Assembly (NCBI GenBank): GCA_965644315.1
Contig: CBFFRQ010000054.1
Location: forward strand, 248,001 to 312,000
From: Caecitellus pseudoparvulus
Taxonomy: Eukaryota; Protista; Bigyra: Bicosoecida
Direction of reading: 5' to 3'
DNA: 64,000 bases
Shown here: one piece after another, positions 43,467-57,152 of the stretch
Position numbering within the stretch: the stretch's first letter is position 1
How the letters are laid out: every line of letters begins with the position of its first letter
Notes under the pieces: generated by a model
Told to the model about the DNA's origin: nothing
Database searches by the model: none
What the model saw: only the letters and a program-made list of their open reading frames with translations
Made by a program: the position numbers and the translations under genes

Positions 43467-43989
43467 CTAGAATCCGCCTGCCGAGCCTAAGCCAGTGGAG
43501 CCGCCTTGGCCTGAGGTCTTCGGCCGCCTTTTTGCTTTGGGGATCTGAGACTCGACTGCAGTCAGTTGTTCGACCTGCGGCGGGCGCTTCGGGCGCACAC
43601 ATGAGGCCAGCACTCGCTTGGAAGGGACCACGAAATGCCATCGCCGCACAAGTGATTTATCACGCCTCGCGAGCAGTTTCACATCATCTGGGACGACAGT
43701 GCTGCGCCTTGCGTGCTGCCTAAATGCATCGAGGTCATCCAACATGGGGCCTGTCCAGAGAAGGCCGGCGTGTTATGCAATGCGCCTCAAAGAAACCCCC
43801 GTCAACAGAGCCGAAACACCAGCGAAACGCACCTGTCAAGTACTGGTGCACAAACTCCGCCAAGGAGGCAGCAGCCGCGGGCGAGACATCCACACCGCAG
43901 AGAGACGCCTCTGATTCACAGACCTGCGCGACGCTGTAGCAAATGGATGCCTTGAGGTCTTCATCCGTTCGTGCATGTGCTGAAGCCAT
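43467..43989 (-). CDS. CENPS: CENP-S/MHF1 histone-fold protein, multi-exon
   Basis: LKASICYSVAQVCE...AASLAEFV / DLDAFRQHARRSTVVPDDVKLLARRDKSL. Confidence 0.85.
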
Positions 43990-44291
43990 GGCTGGGCAAG
44001 TGCGCTTGCAAAGCAGGCGGGCCCACGAGCACCGCGATGTTGCAGCGCTGTGAGGGGGTGACAGACCATGCTGTCGCCTTTACAAGACGCCTGCGCAGTC
44101 TGTTTGGTGGGAACGTGAAGTTTGCCCTGGCTGTGTGCCAGAGAGAGTCTCAAATGCGAGACCAGCAAAGTCGTGTGCCACTTTATCCTTTGCGCTTTGG
44201 CAAAACAGGTGCACCAGATGCACACTCCACGTGATCCCAGCAGCTTCGCCCAAACCGCCGCCTTTCAGCTTACTTGCTCTCCGCGAGCGCC

Positions 44292-45713
44292 ATGGACCAC
44301 AGGCCAGCCCGTGGAAACGCAGCGAGCACCGAGGTGCCATGTGTCAGCTACCGCAAGCTGGGCATGCTGGCTTTGGCGGCTACTTTCGTGGGTTTGGTAC
44401 TGTGGGGTACACAACAGTCTAGCTCTGATGCAGTCCTTGCCCAGGAAGGGATGAAAAGCAGTGTGCAAGGGGGGAGCACAGGGCGAGCGTCTGGGATTTC
44501 CGCGGGTGCGCAGCACTCTTCTCTGCGCAATGCCCAGCCTGGCCTTGGTGAAGAGGGAAAGAAATCAGGTGGAGAGACGTCACCTTCTGCAAATAAGGCA
44601 CCAGCGGTGCAGCAAGTGGACCCTCCCGCGACAGGCCCTGTTCGCAGTGCAGTGCTTGACTTTGATCTGGCAGTGACACGGGCGTTGCCTATGCAGAGCA
44701 AAGCTGATGGTCCTGGTTTCGTTCGCGCGCCCGCGTCTGCTTGTGGGGACTGGGGCCGAAGCAGCCCATTGAGTGGGCACACAGGGCCGTCAAACGTCCC
44801 TCGGCTCTTCAAGTCCAACTTAGAAATGCCTGGGACGCCGCACCCATACGTGAAGCACGGCGAACGCACTGCCTTCCTGACGCAAGCAGCCGCTGAGAAA
44901 GGGGAAGCGGCACCAGGGGCCGACATTGGAGCCCTCGCAGGGGACGGCTTGGTGGTGGCCAGCGAGGCTGCGCATCAGAAGTGCCCCAAAGGCGTGCAGA
45001 TGGATGATGGCGAGATCGCAGCCATGCACAAGTGGATGGCAGAGGGCGCGGCTGCCCACGGGCACTCCCACCTCACGTCCATGCACATGGAGTGGGGGAC
45101 GGGGGGATCGACGCTGCTCAACGGGCTGCGTGCCGGCCACATCTTTGCCGTGGAACACCACCCCGAGTGGTGCGCACTCATCAGCCGCTGCTTCGAGTCG
45201 CTGGGGTGGAACCACATCACGGCAGTTTGCGCTGCTGTCGACCTGCAGCAGCATGATTGGTGCCCCTCCCCCCACAGCAACACAGGGCTGTCAGAGGGCG
45301 GAATGGGTGCCTTCCACGCGTACGTCAACGCGCCGCTGTCCGTGATTCCCCTCCCCGGGCAGCCTGCCCCCGTGCTGGACAGCATCCTGGTTGACGGGCG
45401 AGCCCGCATCGCATGTGCTCTGCGAGCGTATGCCTTCATGGACATGGACACTGCCCTCATGATCCACGACTCCAATCGCGAGTACTACACCCGCCACCTG
45501 GCGCCTTATTTCAACTTCAACAAGGCCCGCGACTGCACGCTTCCATCGCGCGGCATCTGCCGCCTGTACCCCAAGAAGGAGTTTGTCGGGCGAGTGCTCC
45601 CTGAGGACTTCATCGCCAGGGTGGCCGACCTATACAATGATCGGACGTGGCAGCCAGTGCCGCCCCCCCCTGTGGAGTCCATGCCGCTGCTTTCTGAGCT
45701 GCTGGCAGCCTGA
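44292..45713 (+). CDS. Type II membrane class I SAM-dependent methyltransferase (probable glycan O-methyltransferase)
   Basis: TM LGMLALAATFVGLVLWG, a stem region, MEWGTGGST, AVEHHPEW, DSILVDGRARIACAL, MIHD..RE.Y. Confidence 0.75.
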   Translation: MDHRPARGNAASTEVPCVSYRKLGMLALAATFVGLVLWGTQQSSSDAVLAQEGMKSSVQGGSTGRASGISAGAQHSSLRNAQPGLGEEGKKSGGETSPSANKAPAVQQVDPPATGPVRSAVLDFDLAVTRALPMQSKADGPGFVRAPASACGDWGRSSPLSGHTGPSNVPRLFKSNLEMPGTPHPYVKHGERTAFLTQAAAEKGEAAPGADIGALAGDGLVVASEAAHQKCPKGVQMDDGEIAAMHKWMAEGAAAHGHSHLTSMHMEWGTGGSTLLNGLRAGHIFAVEHHPEWCALISRCFESLGWNHITAVCAAVDLQQHDWCPSPHSNTGLSEGGMGAFHAYVNAPLSVIPLPGQPAPVLDSILVDGRARIACALRAYAFMDMDTALMIHDSNREYYTRHLAPYFNFNKARDCTLPSRGICRLYPKKEFVGRVLPEDFIARVADLYNDRTWQPVPPPPVESMPLLSELLAA

Positions 45714-45935
45714 CCCGCGGTGTCAGCGTACGCGGGATAATTCACAGAAATCCCAGACCTGCTGCTCTGTGCCAGGTGATTGGCGCCTGTTTGTCTGTGC
45801 GACTGTGCCAGGCTTTGTACTTCTACCCTTCTCGGCTTTCTGCTGAAGCACAACACTGCGTGCCGCCAGGTGCAGGCCAGAGCCAGGGCCCGGAGCCAGT
45901 GCACGTGCCAGGGCTCTTGGCGCTGTCACCTCAGC

Positions 45936-46675
45936 ATGCCGCTGCGTGTGCTGCTGGGAATTTGCATCGGGTACACACTGGCATGGCTCGAATTCGGGCA
46001 CTTGCTGCATCAAGCCAGCGGCGTGCTGCTGGACGCTCTGCTGAATGTGAGGTGGTCGGCATGCGCTGCATCCGCTCACCCGAAAGTCCTGGAGCCTGCC
46101 CCTTTCCCAGAAATGGGTTCTGGTCTCCATAGTGACATTACTAGCCTTTTTCTTCTTGGTGGTGCTTCTGCCTTTGCTTTCATCTCACGTCAGCGGCACG
46201 GTGGGTTTTCAGAGCGGCGTTTCACTGGCGTTGCGGCATGCCGGAGACTTGCTTTCGCGTCCTCCTCCATTCGCAGGGGGTGCTGGGAGTGCACATGATG
46301 GACACCGTGGAACCCATCACAGGGCGGAAGTTCTCCACCAGCACTTTCGACGACAATCTGCGACGCCGGGGCAGCTTCGACATGTCCTACCTTGCCGATG
46401 TCATGGATGCGGCTTTCCTGCGCCGGCACGCAACGAGCTACCTGGCGCCAGCCCGCACCAGGCTCCCCATGAACGGCGCCCTCAGTCGGACATTTGGCGC
46501 ATCTCACTCCTCTCCCTCCTTGCCTGCGCTCGTCCTCCCGGCAGCTCACTCCAAAGCGTCTCCGGCAGCTGGCGCCGCGCGGCCGCCTCTGGCCCCGCCA
46601 CAACAGCGCAGCAACCAGCCGAACTCCGGCGGCAGCCACGGCAACCTGGCCGCCAGCACATTCCCGCCAGGCTAA
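45936..46675 (+). CDS. Small hypothetical membrane protein (3 exons)
   Basis: In-frame GT-AG splicing joins MPLRVLLGICIGYTLAW...LLN / KWVLVSIVTLLAFFFLVVLLPLL...GT / GVLGVHMMD...FPPG*. Confidence 0.5.
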
Positions 46676-46731
46676 AGTGTAATGCATTCCAATGTCACAC
46701 GCGCCGGAGCCGCCTGCTCCGCCGGGGCACC

Positions 46732-49700
46732 TCATTCCCTTGGAGAGCTGGGCATCTGTTCAGCTGCAGCCGCCGCTGCCTCTGCCGCCCGGTTAGCCAA
46801 GCGCGCAGCGGCCTCGCTGCCCATTTGGGCCAGCATGCCGGAAAAGGCGCCGCCTTCATTCGCCAGCAGCTCGGCGGGGCGCCCTGCCTCCAGCACCTTG
46901 CCTGCCCCCATCACCACCACCACGTCACAGTCGATGACGGTTTCCAGGCGGTGTGCGACAGTGATGACAGTTGCACCGGGGAACGCCTCACGAATGGCAA
47001 GTTGGATCTTGGCATCGGTGTCTGCGTCCACGGCGGCCGTGGGCTCATCCAGCAGTGCCACTCGTGTGTCCCGCAGCGTCGCGCGAGCCAGGCACAGCAG
47101 CTGCCGTTGGCCGACGGAGAAATTCCCGCCGCCGTTCGCGACCGGCACGCCCAGTCCACCTCGCGCACGCACGTCGTCGTCCAGGTGCACAGCGGCAAGT
47201 GCTTGCCACAAGCGCTCGTCCGAGTGCTGTGCAAAGGGGTCCAGGTTCCGGCGCAGGCTGGTGTTCGCGAAGAGAATGGGGTCTTGCGGGATGACGCTGA
47301 TGGAGGCTCGCAGCTGGGCAAGCGGAACAGTGCGCGTGTTCCGGCCGTCCAGCACCACGCCACAGTCCTCCGACCCCTCATGGCGAGCCTGGTCGGGGAT
47401 CTCGTCGGGTGTGGCGGGCGCGACAAGGCGCAGGATGCTTGCGACCAGGCTGCTCTTGCCGGCCCCTGTGCGACCCACGACACCCACGCGACTGCCAGAC
47501 GGCAAGGCGACATCCACTCCCTGCAGCACCCACGGCAAGTCATGGCGGTACCGCAGCCACAGCTGCTTGAAGTGCAGGGCGCCGGAGGCGGGCCAAGTGG
47601 GCGGCACGTCGCGCGTGACGAGTGTGGAATCTGCGTGAGGGTCGGCAGGCGCCTCAAGCACACTGGAGGCAGCACAGCAAGCCTCGCCCGCCCAGCCACC
47701 GCATGTAAGCGCGAGGCCGCTGTCAGGGGCCGGCAGTGGTTCTGTGGGCACTGCCCGGGCGTATTCCAGCAGGCGCTCGACGGAGACGAGGAGGTTTTCC
47801 GTTTCGGCGCTCTGCCGCACGGCCCACTGCAGGCCGTCGATCATGCTCATGACGTAGACGAGGGAGAGGCCGATGGTGGCGGGGTCCAGGGGCAGCATGC
47901 CTGTGGCCGATGCCATGACTGACAGAAACGCCGTGCCTGCCAGCATGGTGATGGTGACGCAGGAAAGGTAGAAGCCCAGCCAGCGGGAAGCGGCGAGGAA
48001 CCAGAAATAGTACGTCGTGTTCACGTTTGCCAGGGCGCTGAAACGCTGCAGCAGGCTCTGCTGCAAGCGGAAGGCGCGAATGACGGGCAGCCCCGCTGCC
48101 ACTTCTGCCAACATGGCGAACATGGGGGATCGGGTGATGGCCTCACGGCGTTTCACCTCGCGGGCTGAGTCCAGGAAATACGCGCGTGTAACGCGGAAGG
48201 TCCACACGAGGGGCAGCACCACCAGCGCCGTGAAGGGGTTGGCAATAACGCTGATGATGATGGCACCGATGACGACCGTGATGAGGGTGACGGTGTCGTG
48301 GAATGTCACTGGCAGCAGGTCATCCAGCACACCGACGTCCTTGCTGAGCCTGTTCAGGATGCGCCCCGACGGGTTGGCGTCGAACCACCACTGGGGCGCC
48401 CGCAGCACATTGCCAAAGGCAGAGTTGTGCAGGGACGAAGCAGACGCCAGGCAGGCGAAGAAGAACAGAGCCGAGCGCACCACAGCCAGCAGAAACGTGA
48501 CCGCCACCAGGGCCACGAAGGTGATGAGCCACACATCGCGCTGTTGTTCGGCAGCGCTCTGCGCCGCCCACTCGGCAAGCCACCACTGGGCCAGGAACAT
48601 GATGGCCTGGGCCACAGCGATGAAGCCGCCGAGGTATACCAGCACGAACCACCCCCCTGCGGCGCGGAAATAGGTGGTGTATGTGGACAGGCCCACCGTC
48701 CCGGCTCCGCTCCCTTCCGCATGCACCAGCTGCACAGGGGCACCTGCATCCCCGGCACCCGCCTCTTCGCCAGCACTGGCGGTGGACGGCTGCGTCACAA
48801 CGCTTTGTCCCCCCGCTGACTCCGCTCCCGCCTGCATCACCACCTCATCCACCGTCAGACCATCACCGCCACCCTCCTCACCTTGGATGCGCTGCCCAAC
48901 AGACACCAAGTCAGGTCCGGCGTCCGGTCTCGCTGCAGCCTCGATGATCTCCGCAGGGGGCGCCGTGAGCAGCACCCGGCCCGCTGAGAGGATGGTCACC
49001 TGGTCGGCGTGGTGGGCAAACTGCAGCTGGTGCGTGACGAGCAACACGCCCACAGCATGCTGGCGGGCCAGCTGCAGCAAGCAGCCGTGGAACAGCTCAC
49101 GCGCAACTTTGGTGTCCACTGCAGCGAGGGGGTCATCCACCAGCAGGGTGACATCCTCGCCGGTTTGACGCCGCACCAGAGCGGCGTACACCGCCCGTGC
49201 GAGACTGAGGCGCGCCAGTTGCCCCCCTGACAAATTCACACCGCGCTCGCCGAGCAGCGTGGCGTCGCCACCGTCCAGCAGCTTCAGATCAGGTCGCAAG
49301 CAGCACATGTCCAGCACTTGCTCGTACAGCGCTGCATCTTCCACGTCCAGCTGCACGTTGTACTTGAAGGAGCCGGTGATGATCCAGGCGCTCTGGGGGG
49401 AGAACGCCAGCCCCCCCCGCAAGAACAATCGCCCAGAGCGCAGGGGCAGCTCCCCCAGCAGCATGCTGAGCAGGGAAGTCTTACCCGCCCCCACACGCCC
49501 AGCCACGAAGTGCAACCCCCCGCGGGACACTGACAGGGACAGGTCTGACAAGCCAAAGGCGCCCGACGTGTCAACTGCCGTGTGGGGGGCGGGAACACTC
49601 GTGGAACCGACGCTGGCACCCCACTTTGCAGATGCCCCTTGTAGCTGCACCAGCACATCCTCTGCCTCAGGCAAACCCGCAGCGGCCACAGGCGCCGGCG

Positions 49701-51160
49701 GGGCGGACTCCCCTGCGCCCACCGGCACGTCACGAAAGAGGGTCTCGTCCCCGCTGATGTTACATGCGGCAGGGCGCAGCAGGAACTCCTGAATGCGCCG
49801 CACTGAGATGAAGCACTCTGCCACAGCCTCAGCTGCCATGGGCAGAAACTTCGTCACCATCAGCTGCAGCACCGCCACCAGAGCCAGAGTGGTGAAGACG
49901 ATGCGAGGGGACAATGTGCCCCCCGTCAAGTGGAACGTCACATACGCTGCGCCTCCGATAAGCACGGGAGCCACCAAGAACAGCGCCTCGTTCACCGCCT
50001 TGAGCAACACTGCTTGCCGCACGATGGCGACTTCCGCACGGCGTCGTGCCTGCACGCGCTTCGCAAAGGGCCCCTCCCAGGAGTTCTCCTTGATGCCCCG
50101 GATGCCGTTCACGATCTGCGACACCAACTTCACGCGCTCGTCCGACGCGTGTGCCCCGGCCGACCGCAGTTGGCCGAAACGCCGCGAGAATGACGTCTGC
50201 AGTGCGAACAGGCACAGCAACATGCCGACAGCGGCCAGGGACGCAGCACCCAGCTCTCGCCACAGAAAATAGCACACGACAATGGACTCCAACGGCCCCG
50301 TCACGACGAAGGCTGCGAACTGGCCGATTTTCTGGAACCGCTCAATGTCCGTGCCCACCAAATTGTTCACGTCCGCTGCCATGGGCTTGGCGCCCTTCGC
50401 AGGTGCCCCCGCGCCGCCCTTCCCAACGAGCGGCTTCTCTGCTCCTGGGCTACCCGGCTGTGTGGCGTCGGCGGCCGGCGCAGGCCCTGCTCCGTCAGGG
50501 GTGGACTTCCCGCTGACCTCCGCCTCTTCCGCCTCCTCCGCCGGAGCGGTTTGCAGCTCTGCGCTCACCTCCAGGCTCTTGGCAAACACCAAGCTGGTGG
50601 TGGCGATGCGCAGCTGCATGCCCAGGCGCCAGCCCATGAAGAAGTAGTTGTGGTGGATGGCGCCGCTCATGGCAGCAGACACGACGAGCCACGCGGCGAA
50701 GAGCAAACCAGTGGACACGTCGGTGGGGGAGTCCAACCACGCCACCAGCGATCCCAAGGCTTGCGTCATGCTGATCTTCGCTGCAGACTGCACCAGTAAC
50801 ACAGAGGCGCGCAGCATGTAGGCGGAGAAAAAGGTCCTGTTCATAGCAGTCAGCAGCGAGGGCTGCCGGCGCGATGCCTGCGCGTCTGCGACCTCCTCCC
50901 GCCAGCTGCTCTGCAGCCGCCTGCTCAGAGACACTGCTTCGTCATCCTCCGAAAATGCAGGCATGTCCTCTACATCCAGGGCCTTACCGCGCTTGGTGAG
51001 GAAGGGGAACACCCACCTGCGGAGGCGTCGGGTGCCAGGGCGGTGCGGAGAATGGTTCAATTTCCGCAATTCGCTGGACCTGAGCGTACCAGAATGTCAG
51101 CGAAGAGCAGCAGTTCGCCCGATCAAAGGGGCTCTCCGAGTGGCGTGCAGTATCAGCCAT
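46732..51160 (-). CDS. ABCC (MRP-type) full transporter
   Basis: N-terminus SPFDRANCCSSLTFW; NBD1 GRVGAGKT, LSGGQ, DDPLAAVD; GRILNRLSKD; NBD2 GRTGAGKS, FSVGQRQL, LDEPTA, AHRL. Confidence 0.93.
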
Positions 51161-51511
51161 GTTGGGCCCCGGGGGTGTTTCGTTGCAAGTCTTCGAACCA
51201 CGCTTGCACGCGTGTTCGAGGTGCTCAACCGACTGGCTTTGGCAGCGATGCCTCGACGAAGGCGTACCGCAGCTGCCAAGCTGCAAATGAGAGCAAAGCT
51301 GAGAGCCCCGCCCAAGCTTTCCGCCCAGCACTAGGTGTGAAAAAGTGTGCCTGTGGCCCCGTTTGCCCTCAGCCGCGTCAGGCGAGGCGGAGTCAGACAG
51401 ATCCTCCCGGTTTGACCACCCGCAAGAGGCCGCCCTGCTCTCCAGCTCTCGCAGCAACATCTGACATACGGCGCTCAGTACGTGCATTAGCGCCCCTTCT
51501 CGGTGTCACAT

Positions 51512-54500
51512 TCATGAACCAGCGGTGGCAGCTCCGCGTGAGCCTGCGATGTTGTCGTCCAGCTCAGCGTCGCTGGACGTCATGGTGGCCTGGATGCTGT
51601 GCGTGCCGACGCCGTACTTCCGGTTGAAATCCTGTGAAATGAGGGCAAGTGGCATGTGTGCACGCAGGAATAGAGGGCAGGGGGCGTAGAGGCTCACGAA
51701 CCTTGATCATGCTGCCGACGATGCCAACGCCTTGAATGGCGTCCTCAGGCATGAGCAGCACTGGGAAGGGGGAGAAAGGGAGAGCAGTGTGCAGGAATGC
51801 CGCACATTGCATCGGCAGGCACACTTACGCATGCGGCGGATTCGCTTCTGCTCCTCGTCCATTCGGGTCAGCACGCCACTGGCGAGGGCGTAGTGCACGA
51901 TCCACAGAAACACCGCCATCGAGATGCCAGCCAGGGTGCGCAGCGTCAGGTATGCGTCGATTTCTTCCTGGATCATGTCCTGGCGCACGGTGGTCGCTCG
52001 GCTGAGGGCCGCGGCCCCAAAGCCCTGCGAAGCGGTGAGCAAGGCCTCCACGAGGTCCGACAACATGTGGCCATCGGTGACTTCCACATTGTGCATGATG
52101 GGCATGGTCGTGTTCCCCGCCGCGATCGATGCGTTGGCCGTGAGCTCTGCAATGGTAAGGATGCTGAGAGCCGTTGACTGGATGCTCAGCACTGCAGCTT
52201 GTGCCCCTGCGCCCAACACGCCGTTCATGAAGAGGTAGCAAGCGGTCATGTTCCCTTGGTGATTTTTCCCGAAAAACCAGTCAGACTTCACCCCGATGGG
52301 AATGGTGCCAGCGGGGCAGCCATCCACGACGAAGAGCTCCTCCAGCTCAGGCCGTGTGGAGAGCCCCGGTGGGATGCTCATGCCCAGCAAGTCGTCGCTG
52401 CCGTACAGCAAGCCATTTTGCAGGTTCATGAAGCTTTCAATTCGATCCCTGCAAAATGCAGAGTACTTGCGCACCTCGGCGGGGGTTGGCTTCAGGGCGG
52501 CCTCCAGGGAGCAGTGGGAGATGCGGTGGAAGGCAGCCGAGCGAACAATGCTACCGAGGGCGCCACCCCCCAAGACACGCACCCGGAACACCAGATCGCG
52601 ATCCCAGAAGTACACGAGAACCAAATACACCGACATGAGCAGGAATGGGGACAAAAAGATGGCGCTGGGCTTCACGACAGAGAGGATGCTTTTGTGCAGT
52701 ACGCGGCCTCGTCGTTTCAGCTTGGCCATGCGCCAGCCAGCTGCCCGAGTGGAGTGCTTGGTGGCATGCTCAACTGCCTGGTCTGCTTGAGACTGGGGAG
52801 ATGGTCCTTTCTTCGAGTCTAAGCCGGACTTCCCAGCCACCAAATCTTCAGCGGAGGCGTCCTGCGCTTCGTCAGATGCCGACTTTACGAGCCCCTGCTC
52901 CCTCCCTTGCCCCTGCACAGGCACAAGGGCCGATTCTTCCTTTGCTTGAGAATGGTCCACCACCACATCTTCTTCAGGGGCGGCTTCCTGCAGCGTTTCG
53001 TCCCCCAAGATTGCCGCCGCTGCCCGCTTGTACCGCCGCGTCGACTCCAATCGCAAGGCGCGTACGACAGAAAGCGGGACGTCCAGAAAGATGCGGAAGA
53101 TGAAGTTCTTGCTCTCTTCGTTACTTAAAACTGTAGGAATGATGCTCAAGGTTGCGACGATCAGGATGCAGGCCACGGCAGCGCCGAGCACAATGTCCTG
53201 GATGAGCTGAATGTCTGACAGCGCAGCATCGCTCACTTGCAAAGACTGCGTAATGACGTCGTCCAGTTCCGGTGCCATGATGCCAGCACCATTACGGAGC
53301 AGGGTGAACTCCTCTGCTGTTGAGTTCTGCCACTCTCGCATGGGGGTGCTGGCGGCCGTCATCGCAGCGCTCACCATTTCAATGCCAGCTGCCAACAGGG
53401 AAGCGGTCCTGTTCCGGTTGGATGTGCCGTCAGCTCCCAGCAGCGATGGTGGCACATCCAGTTGAAGAGAGCCTTCCTCAAAGCGTGCGAGCATGTCTGG
53501 GTTCAGCTTCAGGCCTTGCATCAAGTCCTGCTGCACTGCTTGGTACCGCATGCCGGCATCCAGCAAGAATTGGCCTGAGGCGTTGAACACAGCTTCAGAT
53601 GACCGAATGGCCGTGGATGTCGGGACGAAGTACACGGTAAACGTGAGCATGTCCCTCGCTGATTCGCCAGCGATCTGGGCGAGTTCCAGCATGCTCTGCA
53701 GGTTCATCTGTAGGTGGCCGCAGGTCTGCGCCAAATCCACAGCTGTCGTGTACATGTCGAGAAAAATGTACGGTAGGATGGCAGCGATCAACGCTACTGC
53801 ACTGGCGACAGCCGTAACCATGAACAGCGCCCAATGGAGGCGCTTGAGGGCGGGCTCCATGGTCTTGTCGGTGGCTGCGATGAGCGCTCGCAGGCGCACC
53901 ATGGCGCCGGCCGTGGAGGAGCTGGAGCTGGAGCCCCCCACGGACTTCCCCATCGTTCCAAGGTCGGCGCTGTTTCCCGCAGATGAACCACCGTCAGACC
54001 CCGCGTCGCTGTCCGCTTGAGATTGGTGCGTCAGGCCAGCAATGACAGCTTGTGAAGGCTGTCTGCTCATGCTCTTGCCTGCGAGGACACCCGGCGTCTC
54101 TCCTTCCCCCTCAGAACCTGACGCAACATCGGATGATGCGCCTGTTGTGGTGGACTTGCCCTGGCTGTCGACGCTGTGTCCGTGCGAAAGGGACGAACTC
54201 GCAACGGAAGGGTCCTTCAAGGCGATCATGGAGCGAATGTGGGAGGGCATGGCGGGTTTCCACGCGACCATGGCCACTCGATTGCTGGGGCGGGGCTCCC
54301 CATTCGACAGAGGGGGCAAGAAGCGGGACACATCGTATGGCGTAATCTGCACCCTCACAACCACCTTCATCTGGCAGGTTGCAGAGTGTGCGCCTGCTGC
54401 CCCTGGACCATCGTCAGACACTGTCAGGACGTGCTTGAGCACCTCATCCAGCACGCCCTTCTCAGCGTCTGTGCAGAATTGTGCGACGATCCGCCGGGCA

Positions 54501-57152
54501 ATGGAAAGTGGCACACTGGGAAGCACACTGTCCACCACGAACGTTCCACGCAAGCCCATGCTCGCCTTGCTCGCCGTGGCTCGACGAAGCGATCGGGCCA
54601 CTCCCGCCTTGGGCTGCCCGAGGTCGGCAGAGGCAGTGACCTTGCCTTCGCGCTTATCCAGCTCGCTGGCCAAGGCTGGCAGCACGTTCATCAGTGCGAC
54701 GTGCTCCCCCATGGCCATGCGGCGGCCGTCAAGGCTGAGCGCGGCGAGGGTGTCCTTGTCAGCCCCAGTGATCAGTCGCGGCCCGAGAGCGACGATGAAG
54801 GCCTTCTCCAAACAGTCTATGGCTTCAAATAGACTGCCGAAGCCGCCTTGCATGGACCGAACGTGCTGGACCAGCGGCATGATGTGCCCTTGGCGGTGCA
54901 CCCCGAAGACGGTGCGGTGTGTGGAGATCACGCGCTCAATGCCAGTTTCCAGGTACCTGAGAATGAACTTGTCATGGATGCTTGCAAGGGGCTGGGGAAT
55001 GAGCTCTGAGACGTTTAACGTCAGCAGCTCACGCTGAGAGTACCCGAACAGGGCAGCTGCAGCGGCATTGGCAGACTTGATCATGCCTACGTTTGCCTCC
55101 CGATCGGATGCCACGATGACGGCAACAGTGTCACTGGACGAGTCCAGCTTCAAGCTTGTGCCCATGAGCTCCAACTCATGGCTGGCTTGCCCTTTGTCGC
55201 CTGCAGCCTCATCGTCAATGGCGTTGGCGTGGGCCAGGTACTTCTCAGCGCGGATGGGGTTGTTGGTGATATCCAGCAAAAACTCCGCGTATGTGCGCAG
55301 TACCTGCACGCTGCGAGGGGCAATGCGGACCATGGCTCGATAAGCTGCGTCGCCGCGAGCCACAGCTTCCGCGAGTCCAAGGCCTGTCTTGTGCAGCTGG
55401 CTGATGGCGGGGGCCTTGGCTGCGAGCTGTTGCCAGAACTCCATCTGCAGCTTTCGTGCCTTGAGCTTCATACTCGACGCTTCCTTCTTGTGCTTCTCGT
55501 ACTTGACACGCAAGATCACGTTGCCAAGGCCGCCATCACCAGAGTCGTTGTCTTCCAGCTGTCGTCGCCGTTGAAAGACAATGAACGCCTCATCGATCGC
55601 AGGTTCGTGGGCTTCTGCTTTCGCGAGGTGCTGCAGCTCAAGGTGGCGGTTGTTTCGATACGTTCTCATGTACTGGGCGATGAACAAGTGCATCATCGAC
55701 GAGTTGGGAAAGCTTCGCTCAGCGGCTTGCAGGATGCTGCTCACAGCGGCGAAGGCTCGCTTGGAGAGCTCTTTCCCGTCCAGCTTTTCGTCGCTGAAGT
55801 AGCCCACCTCCGCCTCCTCTTCCACCATGTCTGTGCCCTGCTGCATGCTGGCGAGGTCCACGGCCAGCGTTGACACCGCAGCTTCAGGCTTGTCGGCGTG
55901 TGCCAGCAACCGACGGCACAGCAGCTCCACCATGTAAGGGGACGAGAGCCGTGCTGAGGCCATGGCTTCATGCCACGCCCACCTCCTGTACGACATGAGC
56001 GCGCCGAGTGCGGCTGCAAGGAGAGCACCCGCTACAAACACGCTGCCTGGCATGCCGGTGTTGCGGAGATGAGAGCTAGATGCCAGGCCGATAATTGCAC
56101 TGAGCCCAGCCCACAGGTGCACGGCGCCGAGCGCGACCTTGAGGTAGTTCATCCACATGTGGTACATTGGCAAGTACGTCCAGTACAGGCCGATCCACAG
56201 GAAGGATGTGATGATGGATGCAGCGATCATGAGCCATCCAGGGAGCCAGAATGTCTGAGTGTACAGCAGTGTGAGGGCCAGCTTGGCCAGGAGCATGAAC
56301 ACGGAGATGCGCCCGTGGGCAGAGGCAGTGATGCTCTTGGAGCGCGGGTCCCGATCAAAGAACACCGCAAGGACCAAGGCAGAGAAACAGGCAAAAGCGA
56401 TGAGCACAATGATACTGTTCAGGGCAAGCAAAATGTGCGCCCAGCTGCCGCAAGCCGTTTGGGGCAGCACAAGCAGCGAGCCACCTGGCGGGCAAGCAAA
56501 CACCTGCATGAGCATGGAGCACAGTGGGACGAAGAGGGCTACGCTGGTAACTTTGGCTGTCCCGCGCAGGAACTTGAGAGGCCAGAGGACATTGAACTTG
56601 TTGTTGATGAACGCTGCTCCAACATATACCGAGCAGCCCAACGTGAGGAGAATCCACCCTAGGGAAGCGAAGTACACGGCAGCTGCCACTGCTGCACCAC
56701 CGAGCTTCACTAGAAACCCAAGCTGCAGAATGCCCAAGGCTTGCGCCACTGATCGAACCATGGGCACGTCTTGCCATGGCAGCTTTGGGTCCGTGCTCAG
56801 GGGAAAGGCAAGCATCTGCGCACCGCAGCGGCGCGGGCTGCCAGAAGCTCACATTGCGCTTTCAGCAGGCCAAGGGGACCGCACCTGAACAAAGTCAATG
56901 ACCACAAGAGTGATGGGAAGAGTGTTTCCCTTTGAAGCCTGGGGACGGAGCGTGGAGCGGCTATGTTGGCTTGCGTTGCAGCCGTGTCTGAGCTAGTGAA
57001 CGCACTTTCTTGCTCATGACGAAGAGCACGCCAAAGACGCCACGGCGGAGCACTTGCAGAGCAGCTTCCACCCCACCTTGGCGCGCTTGACGGGCTCTAC
57101 GTCGTACTGAGCTTGTGCCGGTCTGGGCAGTGGTCACTGTCTTGGAATCCAT
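51512..57152 (-). CDS. TmcB/TmcC (tiny macrocysts)-like multi-TM protein with TPR-like region and PAS domain, multi-exon
   Basis: N-terminal TM bundle; VLRTYAEFLLDITNN; PAS ANAAAAALFGYSQRELLTLNVSELIPQPLASIHDKFILRYLETG; two further TM-flanked extracellular regions. Terminal exons were inferred from GT-AG splicing. Confidence 0.75.

Noticed and set aside
46132-47922. 596-aa plus-strand ORF
   Set aside because: Mostly antisense to the ABCC gene. Only its first codons belong to a small spliced gene.
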